DNA of 63,986 nucleotides, filler included, from Choristocarpus tenellus KU-1152 (Eukaryota; Protista; Phaeophyceae), in assembly GCA_964200185.2 (NCBI GenBank). It is 4 parts of 4 records of this genome, joined end to end, with 100 filler letters (N's around TTAATTAATTAA, not from the genome) between each part and the next. Parts side by side here need not be neighbours in the genome. Positions count along the whole stretch, not along the records: positions 1 to 31,697 come from CAXNAD020000078.1; 3 more parts are not named here. One strand, 5' to 3'. Under the pieces are notes generated by a model. That model was not told the origin of the DNA and ran no database searches. It worked only from the letters and a program-made list of their open reading frames with translations. Numbering within the stretch: position 1 is the first letter of the stretch; every line of letters starts with the position of its first letter. Position numbers and translations under genes: made by a program. Shown piece after piece: positions 14,294 to 26,909 of this stretch.

Positions 14294-15899
14294 GAAGATG
14301 ACCAATTGACCAAGGTCGTTAGAAGGAACCAAGCGTAGAAGGAATAGGGTGGGTATTAGGAAACCTCTTTTTTCGGCCGCAACATAAATAAATTTGGTCA
14401 CAATCCTTAACAAGATCATCCATCAAATTCCCTCCAATGAAAACGAATGAACATGCAATCATATATATTCTATTCTTAATTTCGAGACTCTTGAAAAACT
14501 GCAGACATAACATTAAATTAGTTACCCCACTCAATACACCTGTCCAGATACATACATAAACTCCCTCGAACATTCTCTATCATACATATAATTTATTGAT
14601 ATATACATCGATTTCCCCTGACACATCTGCAAAATGTCCGAGGGCATAATAATAAAGAAATATATATGATGTTTATAGTGTAGGTTTTTTAACGCGTTGG
14701 ACAAGGATTAGTGGTGCTATTTCAACGCATACCTGCCATAAACAAAAGCACATTGGTATACCAATAATGGTAGAGTAGTGTGTATACGGATGTATACTGT
14801 TGTGGTATGTTGTTGGGAGAGGTTTGTCATGGAAATGGTTGGGCTAATTGTTGTCATGTTACGTCAAAAAAGATATTTATATATATATATATTATTATGT
14901 TCCTAACATTTTGGAGATGTGCTCAAGGAAAACACAATCCAATATCATAAGCAACACCACCACCTGCTAAAAGTAACAGTTGTGGTAAATGTGAGAGAAC
15001 ATGTACATTTATTTTTATTATCATGCCCTCTGACATTTTGCAGATAGATGTGTCAGGGGGAAGCCATACATTTATGCTCTTATGTTGTAACGTTGTATGA
15101 TGACCAGAAATGTGGAACCAGCACATACATGCCCATTTTCATCAGTACCACCCATAGTTCCTCTTATTGATCATAAAGTTAAATTGACAAAAAAATATCA
15201 CCCTCAAAAGTTCTTTCTCTACCTGTTGATCAGATTACGAAACTATAATAAAGTTCTATTATAACGTCCTCAAACATTTTGAACAGATTAACTCTGTGTG
15301 TTCGTTAGTGACTTCAACATCAACTAATCCCGACACAAATATTTGTTCGCTTGTGGGTAGTATGATCAGAATCCTGGGTTACAAAGCGGTCAAGAAGTTG
15401 TAACCTGACTGGGGGTTACGTCAAGTTTCGCAAAAAGAGGGGACTGGGGCAGGTAGTTTCTATACATAGGGTAATGATGGTGGAACATCTGATACTGAAT
15501 TTGAAGCTGGCACCCTGGTGCATTGTGCTATGGTTCTAAATGTCTTCCATGGAGTACTTGGACTAGAGAAGAAGTTCCCTTGTTTACGAAAGTTATCACA
15601 AGATGAATTGCAAGCATATTTTTCGGTCGTTCCCACCCTAATGGGGCTGCAAAGTTTGGCTATACAGTGGTGAATTTGCTGTAAAAATTAGGCTGCAGTT
15701 TGGTTGGAGGAGTAGTAGTCTGGGGTAGTGGGGCATAATTGTAATCGCCCTGGAAAGCATAACGTTCTAAGACAATCCATTATATTACATTATATTCTAT
15801 CCGAGCCTGTCATTATTACAGCAGGTGTAGGTTTCCCACAACAGGCAAATTAGAGGGATTTTTTATTGTTTGAACAATACATGGCAGATCTGAGAGATA

Positions 15900-16920
15900 G
15901 AAGGGAGAGGAAAAGTTACCTGTTTAATACCAAGAATCTATGTGGAAGCCAGTATTCTGACTGAAATCCAATGTTTGCGGGTGGTACCAGACTTAACATT
16001 GGCAAGACGGCCAATGGTATCAGTATTTTGTTGGTTGCTTGGCCGTTGAGTATCGTCCAATATCGTCCACAAGAAAACTTACATGCTGGACTACAGAGCA
16101 GGTAGTAGTGGGTTGGAAGATGTATACAGGAGCCATGACGATTGTATTGGCCCAAGGTAGGCTAACGGACCAGATGGAGGTCTGTGTCTTAGCCAAAGAT
16201 AGGAAATTCACAACTGGAAGGGATATGTGGATTGTGATAGATAAACTGCCTTACACTTCTGATGCAATCAGCCCTGGTCGGTTTTTCCTTCGGTGGTTTT
16301 ACTTGTCAGGTTTTCAAGGGGTTGGATAGGCAGTGTAACGGAAGGTAGAGATAAGAGAGAGCACAAAGAGTACAGATGTGGGGTCAGGAAATAAACTTTT
16401 CAGAATAAGGCAATTTATTGTTGTGCAGACCTCTGTTGGTGGAGATGGATAACTGAGTGGAAGCTGGCAAAGGTTACCAAGAATTTGAGTGTCCCCAATA
16501 CAATCTTTGTTCTACACCCGCCAAGGACAAATTATTTCTTCAATGCATGTTAACAGGAATACAATACAAATGTGAAACAAGGAGATGGTCCAGGTATGAC
16601 TTACCATACATTCAGCACTCAAGCACTGCAAAGAAAGGAAGAAGGGAAATTCCTTTAGTGTCTGTGAATTACTAGGAATGCAATACATGTATAGCTTCTA
16701 GTATTGAAAGAGAAGGGTCGGTTGGTTGTTAGTGGAGATCCAGTACTGTTTATGGGGGACAATTCAGCTACTCACTAGTGTGGATTGGCAAAAGATAGGA
16801 GAACAGCCAGGTTGGTTCTGTCAAAAGAAGCAGTTTTTACTTATAACTTGTGCCGACGCTCTCTTAACTACTACATTCACTGCACCACCTCCAATATTAC
16901 CAACAATTTCATGAATCCAG
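15900..16920 (+). mobile_element. Decayed DIRS/Ngaro-type retroelement pol fragment (RT C-terminus plus RNase H), multiple stops and frameshifts
   Basis: Ordered fragments KLTCWTTEQVVVGWKMYTGAMTIVL..IDKL..ISPGRFFLRW, then ADLCWWRW, WSRYDLP..SVN and GDPVLFMGDNSAT..AKDRRTARL follow the motif order recalled for DIRS/Ngaro RT-RH. Protein-like decayed frames may extend upstream to ~15440. Confidence 0.7.
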
Positions 16921-17691
16921 ACTTCTCCTTATTCTACCCTACATGCATAGGCTGCCTTCTACAAAGCATTTCAAACACAAGCCCAAAGACACAGATTATG
17001 GAGGCACCTGAGAAAACAGGAGGTTCACCCATTAAAGCTAAACACGTAACAGGAAAGAATTGTTGGTTCTTGGTGCTTCTAGGCAGGATCAGGAAAAAAG
17101 ATCCAAACTGAACTCGACTCTCTTACCCACATGCAAAATGGGAGGAGCAATCCCTCATCTCCAATGCACTCAACAGTCAGAGACATCCCTTCACATATAA
17201 GAGAAGCACAGAAGAGTTCTAACGTCCGCTAGTTTGGAGTAACAGAATTTATAGATAGTGGATGAATTATGGATACCCACGATTCATTCCCCTTCCAAAA
17301 AAGCTAGTTTGTTGCCTTTTAACATTCCAAAAAACAATGTCTTAACGCCACAGAAATGTGGAGATTTTGATTCAGAAAAAATAAAACTCCTGTAACATCC
17401 ACACCTTAAGGCCTTTGGAACGAAAAAAAAATTGCAAAAGATGATGGATAGATGCAACACAAGTATGGGTACACGTATGGTATAGGTACAGATTTAGGGA
17501 GAGCATGACCTAGGAAAATCTAAACTCTTTTCTGGAAACAACAAGGGTGTGGGTCTCTCCTGTGTTTAACAACTATAGTTATTAATATTTTCCAAACATT
17601 AAATATCTGACGAAGGCAAGTCCTGACCCTCAAGAGGTGACCAACAAAACCTCGAACGTCTACCATACACAAGAGTTTTTCTCCAGAGGGT

Positions 17692-17708
17692 GGTGTTGAC
17701 TAAACACC
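17692..17708 (-). promoter_or_regulatory. Histone mRNA 3' stem-loop downstream of H2B
   Basis: Minus strand reads GGTGTT-TAGTC-AACACC followed by ACCC, 68 nt after the stop. The same stem follows H2A. Confidence 0.8.
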
Positions 17709-17776
17709 AGGGTTGCAATAATTCGGTTGCGACATAACTGGAGGATTCCCACATTACCCCACCAGAAGACCCATGC

Positions 17777-18130
17777 TCAAGAAGAGGTGAACTTCGTCAC
17801 AGCCTTAGTGCCCTCAGACACTGCGTGCTTGGCAAGCTCACCAGGAAGCATCAGTCGCACTGCGGTCTGCACCTCACGCGAGGAAAGGGTGGCCTTCTTG
17901 TTGTACCGGGTCAGACGACCAGACTCACTAGCCACGCGCTCGAATACATCGTTGATAAAAGAATTCATGATCGACATGCCACGCTTTGAGATACCAGTGT
18001 CAGGGTGGACCTGCTTCAGCACCTTGTAGATGTACGAGCTGTACGATTCGGTACGCTTGCCCTTCTTAGACTTGCTCTCGCCCGACTTCTTAGGGGCCTT
18101 ACCACTCATCTTGGAGGGAGTTTTCGCCAT
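17777..18130 (-). CDS. H2B: Histone H2B (intronless)
   Basis: [59 protein letters not shown]. Confidence 0.99.
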   Translation of the reverse strand: MAKTPSKMSGKAPKKSGESKSKKGKRTESYSSYIYKVLKQVHPDTGISKRGMSIMNSFINDVFERVASESGRLTRYNKKATLSSREVQTAVRLMLPGELAKHAVSEGTKAVTKFTSS

Positions 18131-18514
18131 GATTCTAGAGTGCTAGCAGATACAACAAGTAACAACAACTCTGAGTATCTCAAGGATCGAATGAAGAGGT
18201 GTGAGTTGAGGTATGGAATGGGTACTGTTGTTTATGGGGATACTTCTTACAACCGACCACCAACCGTCCACAGACATGTTACTGTCTGTGCTCCGCCTTT
18301 TGTCTGGCCAATCCAATTTGTGTATACAAATCCTGATCAATCACCAAACGATAATTCAAAAAGTGTAAGAAGGGGAGATAGTCCAAAAACATTCCACCCT
18401 CAATGATTACAATCGACACCCCAACCCCACCATCAACATTACAACATCTCGAACGATTCGAAACAAGCACACCTCACACCTCAATCACATTAGACTACAC
18501 TCAAGTCAAGGACC
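18131..18514. promoter_or_regulatory. Bidirectional H2B/H2A promoter region
   Basis: 384 bp between divergent ATGs, with tandem CCAAT at 18308-18317. Confidence 0.7.
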
Positions 18515-18892
18515 ATGTCTGGCAAGGGAAAGGGTGGACGTGGTGACTCCAAGAAGTCGACCACACGGTCAGCAAAGGCGGGTCTTCAGTTCCCTGTCGG
18601 TCGTGTTGGGCGTTTCCTGAAGCAGGGCAAGTATGCCACCCGCGTTGGTGCTGGTGCTCCTGTATACCTCGCTGCAGTACTGGAGTACCTGACTGCTGAG
18701 GTGTTGGAGCTGGCTGGGAATGCTGCACGTGACAACAAGAAGGCTCGCATTGTCCCTCGTCACATCCAGCTGGCGGTTCGCAACGACGAGGAGTTGAACA
18801 AGTTGCTTGGTGACGTGACCATCGCCTCTGGGGGTGTGTTACCCAATATCCACGCTGTTCTTTTGCCTAAGAAGTCTGCAAAGAAGGCTTAA
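18515..18892 (+). CDS. H2A: Histone H2A, canonical type (no C-terminal SQ motif), intronless
   Basis: [73 protein letters not shown]. Confidence 0.99.
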   Translation: MSGKGKGGRGDSKKSTTRSAKAGLQFPVGRVGRFLKQGKYATRVGAGAPVYLAAVLEYLTAEVLELAGNAARDNKKARIVPRHIQLAVRNDEELNKLLGDVTIASGGVLPNIHAVLLPKKSAKKA

Positions 18893-18947
18893 AGTATCTC
18901 TTGAGAGTATTTTGGTTACGTATTTGACGAGCGAGACCAACGAACCT

Positions 18948-18963
18948 GGTGTTTCTCAACACC
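18948..18963 (+). promoter_or_regulatory. Histone mRNA 3' stem-loop downstream of H2A
   Basis: GGTGTT-TCTC-AACACC followed by ACCC, 55 nt after the stop; 6-bp stem and 4-nt loop. Confidence 0.82.
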
Positions 18964-20357
18964 ACCCTTGGTGGGAGGAATTGGCATGTTAAACATGGGG
19001 TAAATTACCCACATCGGTAGGGTTACATATCTCTCTGATTGAAGAAATTACTCTGTGTTAGGTAGAACATTTACATTTTTTATAGCTCTAGCTCAAGATG
19101 AAGTACAAATTGGTATAAACACACACACACACGCACACACGCGTGCGACTAGTATTGGAAAGTTTATAGGGAGTACAAATTAAATTCGTTGAAACATACA
19201 TAAATTGGCCCCACAGTTCTTACTCAATTAAAATAATTGAAACGTACAAACAGAACACAATACAAGATGAGGTGTGTGAATGGTGAAGCACAGCAATGAA
19301 ATATTACAAGAACGTGTAGGACATGTTTCACGAAAAAGCAAACTGATGTAATGCCTCCGTTCTTGATGTAGAATAACTTCGATTTGATTTGAATTTGTGG
19401 TATTTGAATTACTACAAATGGCAACACCAAGGGCTTGAACAGAAAGCAGACACATTGGTTGTTAAACCGAGTATTGGCATTGTTGACCTGTGAGTGTAAA
19501 ACTACCACTATAAAAAGTAACCCAACTCATACAATGTGCCATCTTCAGTCAGACTAATCTCACTCATTTCACTCAAGCTGGAAGTACTTTGGTATTGACT
19601 AAGAGAAAACCAGAATACTGCTATACTCGAAACGCAAAATGGGCGTCAGACTCAACTTAAGTGAGTTGACCTAAAGCGCCTTCCTCTATTGTTGTAAACC
19701 TAATCAGTTCATTGTCTAACCTTCATAAAATGTGGAGGAATGCTGCTGATAATCTGGACAGCCAATGCTGAGAATACAAGATTCCCCATGTGAAAAACAA
19801 TGGTGGTTCCAGAAGGAGTGAATTAATTTTTGTGTAAACAAAATTGGAAGATATCTTTGTCAAGCCCAGCATAGAATTTGCTTGCCACCTATCTTTCCAT
19901 TCTTTAGGTCACGTAGTCAAGCAAGGTTGGGCTGAGTGAGAATACTTACTCAACAGAAACATGATGGAATTGGCGTACCTTCGTTGCCCATGGAGGTCAA
20001 AAACTTCAACAATTGAAGATGCACATCATTTGCAGGGAGTATGACTTAAGGCTGTCCAAGTGTTGTTGTCTATTGTAGGATGGCGATGGTACCATGAGAT
20101 AGCAAACTCACTAACCACTGTAACTTCGCTGACGTTTTTTCACATTCTGAACAGGAATAACAAGGCACAATGTGATCTGGTTTGGTTCACTGCACCTTGA
20201 TGCTCATCCCATTCCCTCTTGTCTACTTCATGCTACACCCTTGCAGTTTGCCCCTCTACTCTAGTGCACAGCATGTCTGTTCAGCTATGTTTATAATGGA
20301 ACAAGATAAAGCAGAACATAGAACGTCTTTGAGCCAAGGCACTAAAACGTAACGCAC

Positions 20358-20358
<1 letters not shown>

Positions 20359-20422
<64 letters not shown>
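20359..20422. repeat. (CA)n microsatellite
   Basis: About 32 uninterrupted CA units. Confidence 0.97.
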
Positions 20423-20427
<5 letters not shown>

Positions 20428-20772
20428 AATTCTTGTTTGCACCATCGGAATTATCATTGCCTCCTGATTTAAGGATACCCAACATAGTGACCAAGTTGAA
20501 TCATCACCCTCAAGGGAGGTACAAACAAGTAGTTCGAAACAGTACATTTCAGGAACAAAATGTGAGGGATTATTTTGACCACTGCATTGCTAAAAGTTCC
20601 CAAATATCTCCAGAAATGACTCTTTTTCAGTCGCCTGGCAGAGAGTAAATATGTTAAGTATACATAGAAGTACTATCCGACACATCTTAATAAGGTAGAA
20701 ATGAAGCCACCTGATAGTACACTGCTCCTGTTTCTTTCCCCTCCCACGCAAGACTCAATTCTAGTGATCGAC

Positions 20773-21525
20773 TCAGTTATGTCGGAAGAGCTTCATGCTT
20801 GCCCAGCTCATATACAAAGCCGCACAAGATGGGTATATTGTCAGAGGGACAAGGAAACAGTAATGGAAATCTTCCCTGATGGCATCAAGCAGGCGGTGAC
20901 CAGTAGGTGGCATAAGCTTGGAGAACACTATTGCATATCTGGGAGCAGTGATAGAAGGAACAACATAGGACAATGGTCAAGGTCGATCAAAATACTCCCA
21001 AAAATCATGGTCAAGGTTACAGGAGTTGCTTGGAGACATGTCATCAGCGCATGGATGAATAGGTTATCTGAGCAACGAAAAACGAGGAGACGCGGGGGTG
21101 CCACCACCCTCCGATGATTCTTCTCTCACAATGTGGTCACGAAAAAGACGCCGCTGAGGATCACCAGCACACAACCCCAGAAGTAGGTCCCAAGCCCATC
21201 AGACTCTTGCATAGCAGGGTCTGAAAATGGAGATAGATCACAGAGGAGAGAGAGGGCGCAGGCAACACCGACAGCGTTCAGGCTTCTAGTTTCACAAAAT
21301 GCGACCCGAGGTCATTGATAGTTACATTGTCCTTTCTATATCCTTGGAAGTCGCACCACTCTCTTCACATTTCCGAGGAGGCAAGTGCAGCTTGCGACGA
21401 ATAGAGTCAGAGAATCCATTATCGAAGCCCTTGGCCCATATAGTTGGTGGTTGATAAATTCCAGGCTCGCCAGATCTCCCACTGTCAGGCCTGGTTGTCG
21501 TTGCAGCAGTCCAGGTTGAATTCAT
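20773..21525 (-). CDS. PIGY: PIG-Y/Eri1-like GPI-GlcNAc transferase subunit Y
   Basis: Exons 21525-21357 (tentative), 21220-21130 (TM segment YFWGCVLVILSGVFFVTT) and 20938-20773 (YAIVFSKLMPPTGHRLLDAIREDFHYCFLVPLT..SWASMKLFRHN). The last exon matches the recalled PIG-Y family pattern. Confidence 0.78.
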
Positions 21526-21771
21526 CTTGTTAGTTCTAACTATTACTACTGCTCTTTTAGTTCTTTCTGCAACGTATCAGTATGATGTAAATCTGTAAGT
21601 ATCAAATAAATAAATAAATAATTGGATGATAGAGAGAGTAGTGACTGAGAAATCGATGACATCCCCACAAGAGTTTCAGTTGGTGTTGTGAGCTCAAGAG
21701 TACAAAGGATACATAAAAATCAAGGTTGCGCGCTTGTTGTGGTAGTTCACACGAAATATTAGGGGAAGAGT

Positions 21772-24700
21772 ATGTCGTCTAGGCACCTCGCCCGACTTGC
21801 AAGAGCGCAAGGTTTGGACCCCCTACTTCGCAACCACATTGACCACGGAGACGAAGAGGATGAGGAAGAAGACGAGGAAGAGGAAGTTGTGACTCAATCT
21901 AAAAGGACTGTCATGTCTTTGGCGGTGAGTGGATTGTGGTGAATTATACCCCATTTTCCTTCAATCTATGCCTTGCTTTTCTCGTGATGGTACCACAGCC
22001 CATTAAGTATGATCATGGGTTGATTTGGCAGTATGTGTGTAGGACATGTCTTTCCCATCGACTTTGGACGAACTGCACCGGAACTTGCCCGTGATATGAG
22101 AGAAGAAGAAGCTGCAATATTTTCTTGAATCACTATGAAACCTCAATTTCCCTGGGACTAATGTGATACCCTGCACCTTGTACCTTGTACAGGCCCTTCA
22201 AGACTCCAGTGATAGTTCAGATGAGGACAGTGAGGAAGAAGAATGTAATACCCCTATCTCTGAGAATAGTGAACCATTGATTGGCGGTCTGAGTTCAAGT
22301 GAGGAGCGAGTGCTAGATGTTGACTCTCGTACAATGAGTGTGGAAGCGGTTGAGGAATCCACAATCCGCGAAGAGGCTTTGAAGGTGGAGAAGGAAGACG
22401 ACGATGAATTCCTAGATACCATCATTTCACAGTTAAAAGCCACGGGAGGAAATGTGGATAGGGATGCTTCCGTAGGTGAATCTCAACTTTTGCAACTCCT
22501 TCGCTGCGACAATCGAAACCTCAAGATCGAGTATGAGATGAGACGCAAGTTTGGGGCATCAGTGGATGAGGGAGCCCGGTCTGATCAGGGACCTGGTCAA
22601 GGGCGTGGTCGGGGGAAAAGGAGGGGCTTGCCAAGAGGGTTGACGCCTATTTCGGCCCTTGCTCTCAAGAAGCTGGTTGTGAGCTCCCCAAAGGAGGACT
22701 GGCCCAAGCCTCCATCTTTTGTCGGGGGTGGCATAGGCATGTCGCGGGTAATGGCCCCTGCGAATCTCCCACCCTGGCAAATGAAGGCCCATGATGGAGC
22801 AGAATGGTTCTGCTTCAAACACTCCACTTCATATGAGCAACTGCAGGTTGGTTTTGTTCAAGGGGCGTTTTGAAGGGCCCCAGAGGTCTGGGGTGACCAA
22901 ATTGTGAGGGATAAGGATATGAATTCGTGTTTGAAATTGATGAGGTGTTACCCCATAATGTAGCAAAATAACAATGTGTCCTGATGTGTTCAGCCAAATT
23001 CACCAGCATGGTTGTAGGTACTGGCTCATTCTCGATATCCTCACTCACTACTCTTTTCAAATCCATGTTACTCATGTCCCCATGAATCCTTCTCGGCTGC
23101 TCAAACATCAGGTTCGATTTCGGGAGATCCAGCAAATGCACGATCCTAACAACCTGGCGATATTTGCATCTCAGAACCCGTATCATGCGGAGGCATTGCT
23201 CCAGCTCGGTATGGTGTTTGCACACACTGGACAGGTATGTTGCCTGTTTTTCGGACAATAGGCGACATCATTTTTGTCGAGAGACCTCTTGAGTTTATAC
23301 TGCTTGTGTAAAATAGAGCAATAGTGTGGTAACCCTGTCCATGACTAATGTTCAGTTCTGTTCTTACTGAGATAAGCCTAGTTCTATCTTTTGCCATCGC
23401 CATTATGTGGGATCCTGAGCATCATCGTGCAATCCAACTACTCTGTATGACCAGGGACGCATGTGAGTTGTATCCACTCCACGACACCCTCTCTGCCTCA
23501 GATGGACCGTGCCTCGGAGTTTGTGGGAAGGAGCCTTTTTGCGCTGGAGAGTGCCTTCGCAGAGCATTTTCGGCCAAACGAAGGAGCATGCCGTTTGGAT
23601 GCCTCTATCCCTGCCAATAAGCCCTACTTGGCCGCTCTGTTCAGACACATGCAGGTCTGTTTGGTGGATTGATTCATGCAGTGCTGTACTCCCCCCTATT
23701 TATTTCCATGTCCTACAACAAGGAGTTTCCGTCAGATGTGAGATGAGTCGCCCCATCTGCAGAGTCAAGAGGATGGTGTTGATGTGAGAGAGCAAAATGA
23801 GATATGGAGGTGTTCCTGTACCGCCAAAATAGTATCCTCCTGAACATTGCCTGTTGATAGAGAACGCCAGCACATTTCAGTTGTGTTTCTAGGCAGTCAC
23901 TTGATACTGACAAATGGGGGCAAAAGTGATCATTTGACTTTGTTCTCGTGTGTGAACCTATTGCCAGGACTCTCAACATGGTACAGGCTACCTAGACCCT
24001 TCCTAGGTGGACAGTTTCAAGCAGAGGTGTACCAAGGACTCCATGTTCTGTCCTAATCCTACCACCGTTGGCATGAATGTCTCTCTTGTCTGTGCCTTCA
24101 TCAGATGGCAGGAATGGTGGGTTGTCCACACACAGCACTTGAGGTTGGCCGATTGCTCTTGTCGCTGGACCCGCTAGGAGATCCTATGGGATGTCTACTT
24201 GCCCTTGACTACTTTGCACTTGCCACCAAACAGGGTGAATTCCTTGTATCACTGTTCCAGTCGCAACTTCCTGTTGGGTTTTCATCAGATGATATTGCTA
24301 GGGGTTGTGGGAGAACTGACCCAAATGGCAACTTGCATGTACACGGTGATGAAGCCAAAGAAGGGAAGGATGATGAAGGACAAGCAGGTGAGTCTATCAT
24401 ACTTTGTAATATACAGAACACCTGGTTCTGTAGTATGGGCTAAGGCTGGCATGCAGTTTCAGTAATGATCATGGGTTTGGGAGGTTTGGGTTTGGGCGCC
24501 AAAAAGGCGCACTGATTTTGTGGAAATGTAGTAGAGGTTGAGATAGGTTAGCACACTGGTGTTTGTGTCAAATGTGGTTCATTCTACTGCCTGTTGAGTA
24601 TAACTTAAGAAACGGCATTGCCCCAGAGCAACGGTTTCCAGTATGTCTCTGCTTGAAGTTGCTGTAAAAGAAGTAGCAAGAGCACAGTGCTTCCCAAAGA

Positions 24701-26909
24701 AAGAATTTTGGGCCTTGGTAAGTTTTGAATGTACCGGTGTGTTGTAACAAGCAGTGTATGCCTGCTGCATAGCAAATCATCCTGCCCAACCCTACTCATC
24801 CACTCCTTACGTCAATGCCCGTGCCCTTTCACCAGCACCCAGTCAACTGACTCCCTACCTTATTGATGGCATGAACCTCCTCTCCCAGTTGGCCCCTCAT
24901 CATTCCCCCTGCCATGTTCCTCACCCTCTCTAATTTTTCGAGCCTCTTCTTCAATGCACTTGGATTCAATGGCAGTGGCAACTGTGCAGGACCTTCCAGG
25001 CTTGAGCTATTCCGTTGGGCTAGCTTTACTGGACATCGGGGATGTTGGTGCTGCTCGAGAGGCCATGGCCTCTGCCCTGCTGAGATTCCCTGCCATCCTG
25101 GAGCCTCTCCTTGAAAAGTGAGGGCAGGCACCGGAAACACGATTTTGCAATGCTTGCCTTCTGCTTACCTTGTCAGGTCAGGGTGTTAAGCAGCGTCATT
25201 ACTCCCTTCTCTTTTTTCACTACCTCACCGTGTAGAACAACTTGCATGACCTGATGAGATTTGACATACCCATTCTTGTCTGCTTGTTGGTGTAGGTGTG
25301 GCCTGAGTCCACGGTCAACAACACATCCCTACAACTGGCGCTCTGTTATCCAGCACCCTCACTTTTCCGGGGCTCTGTGTCGGCTTGGAGGAGATGGGCA
25401 TGTCCTAGTTCATCTTGGAAGGTACACAAGTGGGGTGATGTAGTACTGTAGTCAGAGTGTGTGAAGTTTTGATTCATTTAACTTCAAGTTGTTTTTCTCT
25501 TTTCGTGGGTAAACTGTTTAAGAGGCAAATCTATAGTTGGAGTCATTTCACCTTGTGTGTGTGTGTGTGTATTTTGTGTCCCTTCAATTGAAGTAAGAAG
25601 GCATTGTGTGCCCTAGGCAATATGTTTGGAAGTCCACAAAACATATGTCCTTGTAGATATGTCGACCCTCTACTATGGACTTCCTACTGACCATACTACT
25701 GACGTTCAATGATTTTCAATACCCAACAGTTACAGATGCCAGTATAACCTCACCTCATCAGGTGTTGAAATCATGTTGAAGTGAAGTTCTTGCATGTCCT
25801 CCCCTTGTGCACCACTTTCTCCTGTGACTTCCTATGGTTAATTAACATTAGGTATGATGCCCTTTTGATTTCTTACCTTGTGCCACATATACACTAAACC
25901 ATTTGTCAGGATATATGTGGAGAAAGCCGGGGAAATATGGAAGCATGAGAGGGCTCAGGAGCTCCTCTACGATGGGGCAGGTGATCACAACCTCTATTCC
26001 TTTCCCACCCAGAGTAGTATTGAATGACAATTTTACTTGTTGACTCAAGATAAGCATAGATCCTCTCACAAAATTTATTTGAGACACAATTTGTTTGCTT
26101 GAAAAATGTAATGTATGTTCTATGGGACGAGGTGAAATTGTAGTTTATTTGCCGGGTGTGTATTGGGAAACCACTTCTTTTCTCCTTGTGTACTGAAGAG
26201 TCTGGTGTGAGAAGGTCTTGTCCAATTGAAGTTGGTTGTTGTGAGGATTTGTCTTGATTACAATGACACTACATGTAAGTACTACATGGATCCCCTTGTG
26301 CTTCCCTACCACAAGGCCGAGCCAGTGGCTCAATTTCCCGCAACTGAATGATGACCATCACCCCTCGTCCAATACAATCAAGGTATTGCTCTACAGGGGC
26401 TGGGGCCTATGCTAAGCACAGGTGATGCTACAGCAGGGGACAATGGTTGTCATCAATTTGTGTGTGCTCCTGCTGAGATTGAGATCCTCAAACGAGCTTA
26501 CCAGCCGAACTCTCCTCTGACTAAGTACTTGGACATGGCTCTCAGCGACTTCAGCGAGAGCTTCCCCACCCTGCCTGCAAATGCTAATGCCCTCGACCCT
26601 AGACTGATGGGAGCTAACTTTATGAATCAGAGGCTGGCACGTGTGCGCTTGCCTGGTATGAGGGGTGGTAGGCGCAATGGTGAGGAGGGTGGAGCCTTAG
26701 TCAATATGGCAAACTTGATGGAACAATTGCGCCAGAATGAGGTGGCCGAGGATGTCCAGGGCAGAGCTGCTGGTAGAGGGGGTGTGGGGAGTGGTAATCT
26801 GGACCCTGCACTGCCCCTTGCCCAACTATTTTGGCAGACACTGTTGCCATGGAACTCTTTTTCGACACCACGTAACCCTGTGCCACCTCTGCCCCCCGGA
26901 TTCTTTTGA
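21772..26909 (+). CDS. TCF25: TCF25/Rqc1 ribosome quality-control factor homolog, 9 exons
   Basis: Exons 21772-21924 (MSSRHLARL), 22193-22846, 23112-23234 (NPYHAEALLQL), 23502-23654, 24105-24387 (GCPHTALEVGRLLLSLDPLGDP), 24976-25117 (LPGLSYSVGLA..LLRFP), ~25296-25421, ~25910-25980 (YVEKAGEIWK), 26383-26909 (FWQTLLPWN); phases are consistent. Confidence 0.9.
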
